63,739 bases of DNA, filler included, from Platydemus manokwari (GCA_037951405.1; 5 parts of 5 records of this genome joined end to end with filler, not necessarily neighbours in it); one strand, 5' to 3'. Shown: positions 20,769 to 35,641, counted from the first letter of the whole stretch. Made by a program: numbers and translations. Notes: generated by a model not told the origin, from the letters alone.

Positions 20769-22346
20769 ATTAATTGATATATTTATTAACTAATCAGTGT
20801 CCATTAGAAATAAAATATCCATTCATACATGAAGCACAATCAATTCCATGTAATGAATTTCTTAGATATTTGTTGAATTGATCTTTGAGTTTTGTAGATA
20901 AATTGCGACGTAAAACGACTTTTTGACAATGATTTGATGCTAATTGCTTGAGATTGGATAACGGATGACAAAATATATTCTCATGTTTATATATTTCCGG
21001 TGTGGTAGGAGAATAGAAAAAAATTGATTGATTCATAGAGAAGCTGTGATAGTAAAGTGGCTCATAAAATAATTAAAGCATAAAATGTCAACTAGTCGTT
21101 GAAAAGTCAACCGACCAATGAAAATCGATGGAATGAGCAAGTGTTAATACAGTGTAGAGTGAGTATAATAATAGACACGCTTTATAAATCGACAGGCACA
21201 CATACACATGAGCTCATACATTTTATAGAAATAATAAGAGTTAACAAGACATTAAGAATCGATAAATAAGATATTCAATGGTAACATAATCTCGAGAAAT
21301 GCTTTGATATTTGTCAAAGGAAAATGAAGCACAATAATTATCATATCCATAATGTTAATAAGCTTGTTACCATTGATTATCACAATATCGAAGCCAGATA
21401 TCACAAATAACATATCATTGGTAAGATAAAAATTATAATTATCTTTAATCAACAATAAGAGTTGTTTTCAAAACAGGAATTTTGTGGATTGATGAATTAA
21501 AATGGCAGCGAAATATTATTGGAATGATTAACATATCTGTGCTGCCATTACTAGTTATAATTGACAATCTGAAATCAATCAACCATAACAATCGATATGT
21601 GAATGAACATGAATGTTTACGTGAACATGCTGACAGACAGGTATAACACTGCATAACACAACATAACGCAAATCATCCAATATAACAACCGATAATCACG
21701 ATTTTATAGTGATATCGAATAAATAATACTCAGATATTGATAAGCGAATAATTTTAATGAATCAAATGAACCAATTCACAAATATTTATCACCAAATCTG
21801 TGTTTATTCAAAATTGATTCTGTGAAATAGGAGAGTTGAAATGTTGGACAAAATGGTAATAATTGTGGACAAGTTATTTTGGTCTCGGCTATTATATAAA
21901 TGGAAGAATTGGAATGACATTTATTATGTAAATTTATAGATTCAATAGAAACAAAAGTAGTGAGGAGAGAGAGAGACAGAGAGCGAGAATTAGATACATT
22001 GATATTGATAACAATGAATATAAAAATCACAATATAAATAATCAAACAATGTTTATAAAAAAATAGTCGGTGTTAATCTCTGATAGTGCCAGTCATAACA
22101 AATAATAGTAGCAGTTACACACCAGTGAATTGTTTCGACATGATTGACCAATCACATATGATTGATATGGAAAACATTGATTGATTGATTTATTATCATG
22201 AAATAATAGTTTCACCATTATTGAACATTATAATATAATGAAATATTATTTTTAATTAATATGTAAAAAATCTATCAAATAAAAGTAAAAAATTAAACGA
22301 GTAAAATTATTTGATATATGGAATATTGATCCAGTCCATTTTGTAC

Positions 22347-25300
22347 CTGTTTTCATATCTTTTGCATCTTCAATTGTAATTGCTTTGACAGTATTGGAAT
22401 TAGATGAAGCCAACTGTTGATTGGGACCAAAAAATAAAAGACTTCTTCGACCATGAGAGCAGGTTCGTGAAATATTTGATGTCAGTCTAACACGTGAATT
22501 CACACCACTATCTTTGAAAGTGAGGTCCTTCTGAAATGAAAATTATTTAGAAATAATATATATATATAATAATTAAAAAAATTATTATTATTAATAGGCA
22601 TAGTAATAAGAGTAACGGAAAGACAAATCAACAAAAATAAAATCAATAATGAATCGATAATCGGCTGTGAATTGTCACGGATCACTGATCAAATAGTGTT
22701 GCTAATAACAACTAATTCCACACACACACACACCGACATAGTGGGTAAATATTGATTCAATTCAAATAAGAAATCAAACCAATTTTAATGGAAAATGATA
22801 ATATTTCCTATCAAATATCAAATCAACGAACAACATTATTGGTGAATTTTGATAATTTGATATCATCCGTTGATATTTAATTTTTTTTTCACCAGATATA
22901 TAATGATTGTTGGGAAATTTTTGAAGAGGAAATAAATCGTGATTGAAGAGCGCGTTTTATCTCTCACAAACACATCATTCAAAAATAGAATATTTTGTAG
23001 CATTTCTTGTAAAACATTTCAAAACAAATATAAACTCAACAAGCTCATTATCAAATATATTAAACATTTATTTGACTGTGTGTATGACAATATGCGCAAT
23101 ATGGGGTGTGGGTATGTGTGTGTGCCTGTGCGAATGATGTAATTTAATACAAAACAATAATCGATAATGATGATAATAAGAATTTGCTGCCATCTGAACC
23201 CTGTTATAATATTGATTATTATAACCACAAATGACTCATAAATATGCGCCATCAATGTGGTCTACAAGCACTTATTCATTCATTAATTTATTTATTCATT
23301 GACAATGACGTTAATGATGATGTTACGGTCGAAAAATCATCGAAATTTGTCGTCACACACACACACATAAAATATAAAATGGGGAAAATTCTCAATTATG
23401 TTTTCTGTGTTTTGCATTGTTGATTGTGAAATATGCAATTATGGATGAATAATCGCTGCCATAGCGAACTCTGATAGAAAATACTCATTTATTTGCTACC
23501 TCAATTCGCTTAATTTTTCTGATAAGAAAACTTGGAATTTTTCCAGATAATATTAGAAAATGTCATTCGTATATTTTTCAATGTTCCGGCAAGTTTTGCT
23601 GGGATAAAATTTTAGAAACAATACAAGCAACAATCGATAAATTGAAAATTTTATCAATACGTTTTGTTTAAAACGATAATAATATCAATAATTTATAATA
23701 AAATATTAATATAAAAAGGTTTGGGGGGGAAAAGGCTATAAATTTCATTGAAATAATAATAATAAATTAATATTAAAATTATAAAACATGTTAATAATAT
23801 AAATACTGATTTAACAATATAATTATGAATATTCATTAATAATAATATTTATAAAATAATAATAAAACTATAAATAAATATTAAAGTGACACAAATTTAT
23901 AATTAATGCAACAATTATAAATATAAATATTGATTTAATAATATTTAAAGAAAAAAATAAAATTTATTATAAAATAATAATAATAATAATACACACACAT
24001 ACATATATAAATACCAGTAATAAATAATAATCAATTGTTAATATCCCTGAATTGTGTGTCAAATACATAAAAAACATAAAATTTTGAAAATATTTGAAGA
24101 TCTCAGACCACTTATAAAATTGCTCTTTTTCATGCTGAAAAACCCACTCGATAAAGAAATTTCAAGTGACATCGATTAATTGATGAAAGTTATTGAAATG
24201 AAAATGAAATTATCCATTAAATACTTTCATTTATTATTATTATTATTATTCTCAATAAAAAAACGGGAATAAATTAATTTATTAATAAAAATTATAGAAA
24301 AATTTCTCTATAACATTGGAGAAACAGTCGAAATATAAATCATATTAAGAAATAATTATTAAACAAGATGAATGATGGCATTGGAGAAATATGTTGATCA
24401 TTTGATAGGAACATGTTTTACAGATATTTAATCAGATTATCAAAACGATACCACTTGTGGCTTGACATGATGATAACATCTTTATGCGCCATATTTCATA
24501 ATAAAATATAAATAAATATCATTATCATTTTTATTCATTTAAGATCAAATAATGTAAGACACACTGTTCAATTGATAAAATTTAGATTCGGATCAAAAGA
24601 ATTTCACGAATGATCGAGATCAGTCAATGATTTGATCGACTAATCTCTAAAATTTCTCTATAATAGATTCCTCGGAACAATGCTCGTCTATACTTGATGG
24701 ATGAATGGTTAGATGAGACATAATATGAATTACAGTCAATCCGTTGGAATATTTAAATTCATCAGTATGTTTAATAATAATAATAATGATATGCTTTATC
24801 AAACAACATACAAATATGCTCATTTTTTATGACTACAAAACTAAACCAGACATGACAAACGGCGTCATGACATGAATCTCATTAGCAAAACCTTAACTTC
24901 CTGTCATTCACAAACCAATAATCTCTTTTAATAAGAACCAACTAATGGGCAGAAATGATAATAATTGCGACCGTTATTATTATTATTATTATTAACATTA
25001 TTATTTTAATATAGTTGAATCGAAGGAAAATAAAAGATTTTATTTTTATGCCAAACCGAAAATTAAAAATTATTTTTTTCCTCTACTTTAAAAATCAATG
25101 AAAAATAAGGGAAAAGGAAAATTAATCTTGGAAAAAGTATCGAAAAATGTCAAATGAAAATCAAGGAAAAAGAGATTTAAAAAACATTGATCAATATAAA
25201 AAAAACAAAAAAATAAAACAGTTATAAAAATTGATGAAAGAGAAAACTGATCCATTTCTTCAATGGCTATGTTTTAATTAGTTTATTTTATTATTATTAA

Positions 25301-28300
25301 CAAGATTAAAAAAATATATGATGGAGAGCTTATTTGTTGATATAAATATCTGATATAATTAATCATTTTGACAATAATATGTTTAATGTTGGCCACACAC
25401 ACATACACATACACACCATCAATGATTATAGCCAGATTTGTTGATATTGCCTATTTGTCATAAAATGATGGAGAAAATGCCACCAGAAATGATTAAAAAA
25501 ATGATTTTAGAAATAACAAATCGATCTTTGTGATGATAAAAGGGGAGAAGTTTATCAATTAGAATATCTGTGAATTTCCTGGAAATGATGAAGAAGATGA
25601 TGGTGGTAAAGGTGGAGTGGTTGTGGTTGCAAAAAAACCATTGATAACAAATCAATCTACGCCAGATTTCGAAATAATAAAAAAAATTCATAAACAGAAA
25701 ACAGAGATCCCTGGAGAGAAAGAAAAGATCGATGGAAAATTATCCAGGGACAAAAACAGGTCATTTGCTAATGAAAATATAATATTTCACGGACAATATT
25801 TGAGAAATTAATTTTTTGATAAATTACCATCCATCCGAGAAGGAAACAAGGAAAGGAAAAAAACATTTCAACTAATCACCTTATACTTGGCGATATGTGA
25901 CCACCAGATGGATAAAATTTTCGTATCACTCTTGCTCCTAATGATTTTGCGAGGAGAACAAGCTTTGCCATCAGCATCTACGGTGGAAAGATCAAATGAA
26001 TTGTCCATTTCTGTATCTTTACATTCATCCATTTGAGTGAGATTCTCTATGAAACTAAGGCTTTTGGGAAATGATGAACATATAAGTTCTTCTTGTTGAA
26101 TGAGTAGATCGCGATTATGTTTAGCAACGACATTATCGAGCATTTGTGTATAAATACTATTGTCAAATTGGACGTGTTTTTTGAAATTTTCCCGTTTCTC
26201 TTTCGGAAAATTAGAGGATTGGTTTTTTTTGGTTAAAGATTCATGTAATTGTAATCGACTACGAATCTTTCGTCGACAATGACATTTACAACGCTTCACT
26301 GAATCTGTCTGAATGGCTACATCAATTTTCTGGACGGACGTGTTTTCAATATGATCCGGAACAGTTGTCAGATCATCAAGAAAGTTGGTCTCGTTGAGCC
26401 AATTATAGAGATGATTGGTTTCCATTTTCCAGTAGTGATTAGAAACGATGAATTTCAATTTTCGGTGATAAATTGATGAATAAATTACTAGAACCCACTT
26501 GAGCAAGGAATGATAAAGACATTTTGTGTTGTAGCAGAATTGTATGAAAACGAGCAGAGTCATGAGCTTTTAATAGGTTTTATGATGAATACCGAGATTT
26601 TCGGATCGCTGACACAAAATTCGTCGACTAAACATATGAACGATTATGTCGATATATCGAACTCCCTCACTTTAGATGTAAAATCAGCTGATAAATCCAG
26701 TGAATGGTCAGAAAATTTGAAGAGAATTGAACGATATCATAATTGAAGATATCTGGATAGATGAATGAATGATTAGGTATAATTCTGTTTGTATAGAGAC
26801 GGTTGAATGTCCAATATATTCAATAGTAATAATAAAAATAATAATAATAATGAGAAATTCTCTAGATCGATCAATCGACAATTGAATAATATCGCTAATC
26901 GACCAACTGTAAATCTTCAATCGACAAAAGAAATCTCATTGGTTGTCAACTTATTCAATTATGCCTCTTCATGATGCCAGAGACCAGTCAGACCAGTGGT
27001 AGTAGTAGCAAGTAAAAGTGGTAATAAGTTTTGTCTTGAAATAATTGGTTTTATGTTTTTTTTCAATGTCGTGTTGTTTCGTGGTGATTCGATTGAAAAA
27101 GAAGTTTCTTTTGTCAAGAAATGCTTAATATTTTGATGTTATCATATCAAATACACACCGACATACACATTCACACACACACCAACACGCACACATGCAT
27201 TTAAATCAATGTCACAGCAAATGTAAGAGATTCATTTTCTGTCTCCAATGGTGTACATATATTGGTGTGTATATTTTTCTGCAATTAGTTGTGTAACCAC
27301 CAGCAGCGGCAGAAGCAGCAGCAGTTATACACGTAAAACAGACTTTCGTTTCTAATTCATTGAAAATCTGCTCTTATCAAATTAATTGCGTGAGGAGCAA
27401 TATATAACTGGAATTAGCATGGAGCGCGCTTTAAGGCATATTTGGAGACAAATTTTTGATTAAAACGAGTATAAAAAATTATAACAATAATAACAAGTTC
27501 ATTAGTGGGAAAAATAACTGGAAATTTGTGATGATCTAATGATAATGATAGTGAAGATGAGGGTTTTCAAATAGTAGAGTTGATTGTTGATAAATACTTG
27601 AAATCGATAACAGATTATTGGCAGGTTATGATAAATATGCCATTCTAATGAAATGGTGGATTGGAATAAATGATTCATAAAGGTAGTAAAGATCCGAGAA
27701 TACATTGTTAACATATTGAATCTCACAGTATGGGGGAAGATGTATTGACTGAGCTGGGTAGAGCGAAGAGATCACGATTAATATCGCTTCTACTAGTGGA
27801 GATATCAATCATTTTTCCCAGCACAAGTGGAAATTAATTGTGGATAATTAGAGATTGCGAAATGGACAACATCAGAGAGAAATTTAAATCAAAAATTGCT
27901 GATGACAGAACCAGATTTACATTTCTGATGGGCTATGGATGAATTTTTAATTGAATTATAGCGTGTTGAGCTGACACATTCCACACTAACAAAGACACAC
28001 AATTCGTAGAGAAAGTAGAATCCATGTTAATGTTAATTAATGGTGATCTTTTGAGAGCCAAAAGTGATAATGGCAATCCACACTGCCAGTGATGGTGGCG
28101 AGTTTTCAATGAGAGATTTGTTGTTAGAAAAGATGAAATGCATTAGTAAAAATAAGAGCAGGTATGTGAAAGGGAGAAATTAATTATGCGTATTAAAGAT
28201 ATTGGTTATTATAAATATTTGCCGATGAATGATGGTCCGATAGATGGAAAAATGTTTGATATGATAAATGAAAACAATACTAACATGGCTGCTTGCTAGA

Positions 28301-29582
28301 TTTGGAACGGATTGGCCATGGGTGGACTGTTTGATTCTGACGAGATTGCCGGTTTCAGAATGGCCTATCGAGAATGAAAAGAATGATTAAATATTGTTTT
28401 TGAAATAAATAATTGAAAGAGAATAAATATCGTTTGAATTCTTTCTGACATATTTGATAAAACGGGGTTACCAATAGTTACAGGTTATTATTATTAATAA
28501 TAATTATAAAATATTTCACCAATTGATTTCAATAATAACGAAATAATGATGGATAAATTGTTCATGATTTTCATGGATCATCAGTATTAATGACTGGCAA
28601 ACCATTATTCTCTTATATTTCCATTGTTAATGCTGCTGCTGCTATTCATCAACATCATCATTTTGATCACAAATGTGATTTTGTTAAAATAATTCTAAAT
28701 TGACCAATCATCAATCAGTCAGAGCGATTTGAAATAAAATAATCATAATATATTATTATACAATAGTAATAATGATAATTATATATAAAATAATATCATC
28801 ATAATATTTGTGTTTCGTTCATAATAATATTAAAATCAAAGTTATCAAAAATCAATGCGATACGGCGAGATTCCAAAGATAAATAAATAAAAATATGAAA
28901 ACAAGACGAGTGAGAGTTTGACGAATAAATCGCGAGTAAAATAATTGAATGATAATATAATAATGGAAATAAATTACCAATTGTTGTGTCCAAACCGGCA
29001 ATGATGCCGGCATAAGAACGATTTGTGATTGGAGTGCTTGAAGCTGTAGTATTTGGTGTATTGCTTGCCGAAATTGACAAAGACAGTGGACGATGTCGTT
29101 TATCCATTGATAGACTACTTGTTCGATGAAGATTTCTCAAACCACTCAAAGTACGATTAGAGATGGTCTCGACTGATTTGCGAGAATTATTTCCATGGCT
29201 AGATTGATTATCATTACTATTGGAATTGCAAGGCCGTAGATAATTCCCGCTAGTATTTGTTTCTCTTTTGTTATTGGAATCTGATGAATCCTAAATTGGA
29301 AAATATGAGTAGACACTGGGCAAAGAATATATAATCCTGTTGGACAAATGTTATCAATAAACACACGCACATACACACACACATTGTATATGGCTGAATG
29401 GACAACAATAAAATTCAGACCCATTTATATATTCAATTATTTCACACAAGAACTCATTAAAAAATGGGAAAATTCCATACTAAGGCCGTAATTGGATCTA
29501 CATATCTGGTTACAGAAATTTCAGGGACCGAACATCGTCTGTGATCATTGTTGATAAGAATATTAAGTTGCTTGCAATTCAT
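22347..29582 (-). CDS. MAST: MAST (microtubule-associated Ser/Thr kinase) family gene, 5' coding exons; kinase domain outside this contig
   Basis: Phase-consistent GT-AG exons: 29582-29481 (MNCKQL...RRCSVPEISVT...ITAL), 29290-28978 (DSSDS...LDTTI), 28364-28285 (GHSETGNLVRIKQSTHGQSVPNLASSH), 22530-22347 (KDLTF...SRTCSHGRRSLL...). The last two resemble the MAST N-terminal motif NLVRMRxQxLGQSAPSLxxxLKELSL...CRTSNRKSLI. Confidence 0.75.
25880..26425 (-). CDS. Probable alternative first coding exon of the MAST gene (182 codons)
   Basis: ATG at 26425 (AAAATGG), protein-like composition (METNHLYNWL...VAIQTD...KKHVQF...RSKSDTKILSIWWSHIAKYK), ending at AAG|GTGATT. This phase-0 donor is compatible with the phase-0 acceptor at 22530. 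Confidence 0.6.
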
Positions 29583-31687
29583 GGTAGATGATTATCCAAA
29601 TTTAGCCCGATGACAACCAGAGAATATATAATTCAGGGCAAAATGTTGTCGACTAGTTTTTCAATTAATGAACATAATAAATCAAGTAGTTGCTAGGTGA
29701 TTGTAACATGCAATATGCATATGGATACACATGCTCAGCATCGCTTGAAGAAATGTCTGAGAGCAAATTCTCTCCAATCATATCGAAACATTTCCTAGCC
29801 AACACAGTCTGCAGAATATATAGAACGTGAGTACGGAATGAAATCGATTAATAAGAGCATCAATTTTCCCCACTAAAATCTCTCTTTTGTCGACTCAGTG
29901 AGATAAGTCACAGAATAAAACTATTTATTCAAATGATAATCTTCTAACTATTAATATCGTGATTTATTTGATAACACAGACCATTTTACACTAGACATGG
30001 AAGATTCTTTATCATTTAATATGATGGATGAATATCAAATCAAAAATAAAGACTATTCTAGGATCTAGACAAACAATTCACCATATATATAAACCTATTC
30101 CTATCAATGCTTGGAAAGAAAAGGGTAAAAGATGATGATGTACCAAGCAATAAATATATCAATGATCAATCTGAACCTTAGAGATCCAATTTTATAAATG
30201 CGTGTGACAGTAATGGAATAATTATTTTATTACGTAAATAAATTGAATCAATTTTGAAAATATTGAAGTGATAAGATCAAATTGACGATTAATAATAATA
30301 ATAATAATAAAATGTGATTAAAGAAAAATTATCTTTGTCATTTATCGGTGTCATGTTCATATCTATCTATCTATCTAAATACTCAGTACTTTTACAATAT
30401 ATATTTATCGTTTCACACATATAAATCATCATCATCATCAGATGATAATAATAATAATAAGCAGCATCATTTATTTCTGTGATATAATTTATCAGATTAT
30501 TTGTCCTTTTATTATGTTAAATTTTCAATCACAAATTCTATAAGAATGATTTGATAAATTCAATATTTGTTTCGCTCATAAAAATATTAATTAATACTGA
30601 AATTTTTTATACTGAAAACAACATATATTTATAAAATTTCAATTTCCGTATTAAATATCATATATATACGACTGTATTTTCAAGAATAACACACACACAC
30701 ACACACAATTATTACTGTCTAATATTGGAAAATCAATGCTGCACACCCACCCACACATACACACAGCCAACTCAAATAATATTTATCAACAGCAGATATC
30801 AAAATTTCAAGCTTTTTAATATAGGTTTGCTAAAGTGAAATAATGATTGAACGGTAAAATGGTTCGAATAATTATATAATAGAAATAATTTATTGGTGAT
30901 TTTTGGTAAAGGATTTCTTATAAAGAAATCCAATAAATAATCATTGAGGACACGAATGATAATAAATCATTTCTATCAATAATTACATGGGTTTATTTAA
31001 TAAACAAATGATGATATTGATCAGATCATGTCGATAATATTGTATTTCATCAATCTAGTACATGATGTAGTTTAATATAAGGTAGATAATAATAATAATA
31101 ATAATGATGACGAATGAATGATGTATTATTTAATAATTATTTCATGAAAATAATAATTATATATAATAGTGATGATATTTCAACATGTATCTATTAGATT
31201 ATTATTGGAATATATATCGATAGAATCAATATTGTAATGAATGATATATATATATATATATATATAAATGCAAGTGCGATTGACAATCGAATCGAATTTG
31301 TCATTGATTTCACAGATATGATCAAAAATGCAAACATACATGAAACATTGATATGAAAATGATCATCAATGAAATATAGTCAAAATAAGATGAATAAATG
31401 GCTTAATGAATAATTATATATAGATATATGTGTTGACATTATCAATGGATATAAATGACAACATGTTGACACGTGATCATGACGACAATATCTATATGAA
31501 TTTATATATGTATGTAATATACAGACAATAGTAATAATAATAATAATAATCATTAATCATTATATAAATAATAATAATAAATATTATGATATCATATTAT
31601 TACAATAATATGATGTGTGGATATTGAAAGATATTGGAAACATGAGCCATTGATCCAACTGGTATCAAATAATAACAAGATAATGAA

Positions 31688-31787
31688 NNNNNNNNNNNNN
31701 NNNNNNNNNNNNNNNNNNNNNNNNNNNNNNNTTAATTAATTAANNNNNNNNNNNNNNNNNNNNNNNNNNNNNNNNNNNNNNNNNNNN
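31688..31787. other. Artificial contig spacer
   Basis: 44 N + TTAATTAATTAA + 44 N. Confidence 0.98.
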
Positions 31788-32391
31788 GAATGTCTTATTG
31801 AGCTGCCAAAAACTAAAAAAGCTTGCAGGGGCTTTCCAGCCAAGTACCCGGACTTGGAAAAAGAAAACTTAGGGGAGAGTTATACTTGGGTGATTACGGT
31901 AGTAACATTAAATAATTAATTAAATATTAATTAAAGAATAAAAATATTGATTAAATAATAATACATTTAATAATAATAAATAATGAAGTATTAATAAAAA
32001 TAATTAAAAAAAATCAATATATAAATAAAAATTAATTAACTGATTATTATAATTTAATTATGATAATAATAATTTCTTAAATAATAATATTGATGATAAA
32101 AGTGATAAATATGAATGTGAGACTCGCTGTAATGAAATCAAATGTATAATAATAGCAGATTTATAAATTCAAGCGATAATGATAATACATGGGGATGGGC
32201 GAATTATTATGCAAAGGTTTCGAGGTCATTTTTACTTACTGATGAGTAGACAGGGCTACGAAACTAGTTTATTGGTGTTGTACCTGTTGGAATCAATCAG
32301 CGAAACCCTCACAATCTTTAGAATTTTAATAATTATAATAAAAATTAATAATTTAATTAATTAATTACTGAAATTAATGAATAAATATTAC

Positions 32392-33074
32392 GCTATCGAT
32401 TATATCGTAAACACCAGCCAAATATAACAGCGATTGATCAGCTAAAAAAATCAATATGTAAACACTATTAAAATAAAAAACAAACATTCTAACATAAATT
32501 TCTAATAAAATATGGTTGTTTTTCATTGTTCGATTGCCATTCATAAAATCTATGACAGAAAATACGTAAAGAAATACCAAATAACTTATTTCCAATGTTA
32601 ACCCTTCAATGATTACAACGCATCTATATCCTTTATTTAACGAATTTTTATAAGTTGATTTTTCGAATATTGTTTCAATTTTTGCATTATGCGTTTTTAA
32701 TTTAAAATCATTAATGGATGATTTAAACCACGATGGAATTAATCCCCATCTCATTGGTTGGATGATTCTATTATCGACAAACTCTTGATTTCTGTCATTC
32801 GGGTTTTCACAGTATAAAATAGGCCTTGTTAATAGTTTTAAATAAAATCTCTAATGACAGAAACCTACGTCATTTGATTTGGAGTGATGTTGAATGATTG
32901 TACACAATTTTGATTATTTGCAGAATTCTTAAATTTGGGATGACATTTAGAACCCACTTTATTAATGTATTGACATTTTTGTTGAATAACATCGGGCTTT
33001 AAGTTACTGTATAAAATCTTAAACCAAATGAATATATTGAAAAATATGTCTAACCAAACGATTCTTCCACACAT
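32392..33074 (-). CDS. HMCES: HMCES / SRAP-domain abasic-site processing protein, exons 1-5 (3' part not found)
   Basis: Exons 33074-33055, 33006-32869, 32824-32603, 32549-32494, 32441-32392 with GT-AG introns of 48, 44, 53 and 52 nt. Spliced product: MCGRIVCNL...SFNITPNQMTPIL...PMRWGLIPSWF...THNAKIETIFEKSTYK...RCVVIIEGFYEW...KQPYFI...LYLAGVYD, the SRAP motifs. Confidence 0.93.
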
Positions 33075-35641
33075 CTAGACAAATATAGACAGTTCGAAAA
33101 TTAAAGTTAATAATTTAAAATAACTTATTTATTTAAAGAGTTAACGTCTAGTTTAAACAAATGAATCAAAATTTTCGTGAATTCAATAGAACGATATATG
33201 TAATATATTATTTTAAAAATTATATAAAATGAAGGAAAATAAGTTATTAGTTTAGACTTTACTTAGTGAAAAAAAATTGACTATGGTTTGGGTTTGCATG
33301 CTGATAAATTTAAATTGGACTTCGCAGTTAGAAACCAGAGTGCTTTCTAACTGCAATTCACACATAAAAAGATTGGCTCCAAACAAATGTATAAATTTTA
33401 ATATATCGAACTAACAGAAATCATTCATTTTATTCTAAATATATATATGGAAAAGTTCTGCAATCAGTAACATGTTATGGAAGTAATGCCAAACTAACAA
33501 AAGAGCGAATATGTTGCCATTGTATATTTCAAAAAGTGGTAAATATCTTAGAAATTGAGAATTTCCAAATCAACTTAATCAATAACAATTGATATTAATA
33601 ACAGTTAATTTACAAAATTGATCTAATCAAATTTCCTGAAATTCAATACATCATTTTGGAGTTTTTAAGAAAACTCTTGGTGTCTTAGAAAAAATATATT
33701 GATTGCCACAGAGATACAAAATTTTGATGAAATGGTGATTGTGAAATTGGAAATATTTTAGTGAGTATAGCTGTTGAAGTTTGTTTTGATTAAGAAGATG
33801 TAGTATTAATTACAAATATGAACACTTAAATATAATTAAGGTCAACGATTGGCTTTCTATAACAATGATGATTAGAGCTTGAAGGGTTAGAAACAACCGA
33901 AAATTAATATTAATTTCTGTTAAATGAGAATGTACATAAAGCGCAAAAATGATGCATCTTGGATCCTTTGTTTAAAGAGTACAGTCATGGCAATCGACCA
34001 ATTAGAGATTATGGAAGTTGAAGATTCCAATACGTTGAAGGACATAACCACCAAATAATACAAACATGAGGATTACCCAATATTTATTATAAAATTTCGA
34101 TAAACATAATAAAACAAGTGGAAATAAAATATCGAATTATGATGTGAGATACAAAGATGGTTTATTGCCAGTTGAAAGCTGATTAAAAGTATTATTTTTT
34201 AAATTAGTGTAATGCTGGTTTTGTGCTGAGCAACATATTATGTCGATAATATTAGTTTGCAACTTTCGTTATTTTTAATAAACCAAACACCTCTAAGTTG
34301 ATCAATGGTTTTTATACTTTCAGGGCTTCACTAAATATGAGACGTATTTGATAGAATACTAATAACTCTACACACTAATAATAGACATATTTATGGTTAA
34401 AAAATGAATTATATAACTTTAATAAAGGATGCTTCTTGTTTCGCGCAAATGGCGAATTGAAGTGTACAAAGTGTAAAACCTTTGGGAATAATGATTATTT
34501 GACATATTAGTGGTTAAATTGTTAGTAAAAATGTAATAATTCAAATTTTACAAAAGATATAAGCATAATAAATTTAATCCTAATTTAAACATATCAATGC
34601 AAAATGTGTTAACACAGTTTGGTATAATTATTGAAGCACAATATTAAGAAACAATGTCCCTTGAAATATTTTAAAATAATTGAACTTAATTGTGTTTTCG
34701 AAAATGCTTAGAATGATATTTATTTGATATCGAAACATAGCTTATCTTTTATTATGATGTGGTGTTATGTAATCGTAGAAACAGTAGACGTTGTCCGTCA
34801 TGTGAAGCAAATAAATCATATAAAAATTAACAATTGTTAAGAATTTGGTTAGGTAACCGTTACGATCAATTACGGTGATTATAGATTTGATTCCAAAATG
34901 ATGACACAGAGTTATAAGTCAGTATTTGGTGAGTTAGGTTTATTTAAAAATAATTATTTGAAATTAATACGAAATAGAAATAAAAAGAAAAACAAGGCAA
35001 ACATCTAGATATAGCAAACTGGCAATGTAGCGGACCATAGTTTGCTTAGAATAAATTTAAAATCACTTAAAATTTATAATATGACTAATAATGCTGATTG
35101 TTAGCAAAAAGAATCCACATATGCAGTTTTATTTGAATAAAAATCACTTAAATAGATTAATCACAATCTATTCTACAAAAACCGAAAACCTAAATGCGTA
35201 TGTTGATTGGTGTTTTATGTAATTGTTGCAGAACCATTTAGTGTGTTTTGATATGCATCAATATCCAACCGAGTCGCATTACAAACAAGTTTTATTTACA
35301 TGGATATTCTTAAAGATTCGTATATTAATTAATACCTCGGACACAGAATAAATGTGAACTTCAATCGGACTCAGAATCGACGACTGAAAGTGGAATTTAT
35401 TGTCGACAAGCTCCGTTGATGCTCACGAGCTGACACACGTTGGGCCTATGATTGTATAAGACCAAATCATACAACCGAGCAAAGAAGTGCCAAGCCCGTA
35501 GGCAAAATATTACAAAAAAATTATTAATGAATTTTTTCCAAACCTCTATTTAATAAATTTGTTTCGCCACGAATCTCGTTTTATATTGTTATGAATTAAA
35601 TCATTTGATCACATTTTTATCTTTAATGAATTTTAACGCTT

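Noticed and set aside
26510-26746. 78-aa plus-strand ORF antisense to the MAST intron
   Set aside because: No motifs; lies in the presumed 5' UTR region of the minus-strand alternative exon.
27726-27811. Minus-strand mini-ORF MIDISTSRS... as another MAST first exon
   Set aside because: Its candidate GTGAGA donor is phase 2 and does not fit the phase-0 acceptor at 22530.
20769-31687. Many short Ile/Phe/Asn-rich ORFs and (TAA)n, (CA)n, (AT)n runs
   Set aside because: Expected in very AT-rich intronic DNA; ordinary microsatellites and chance ORFs.
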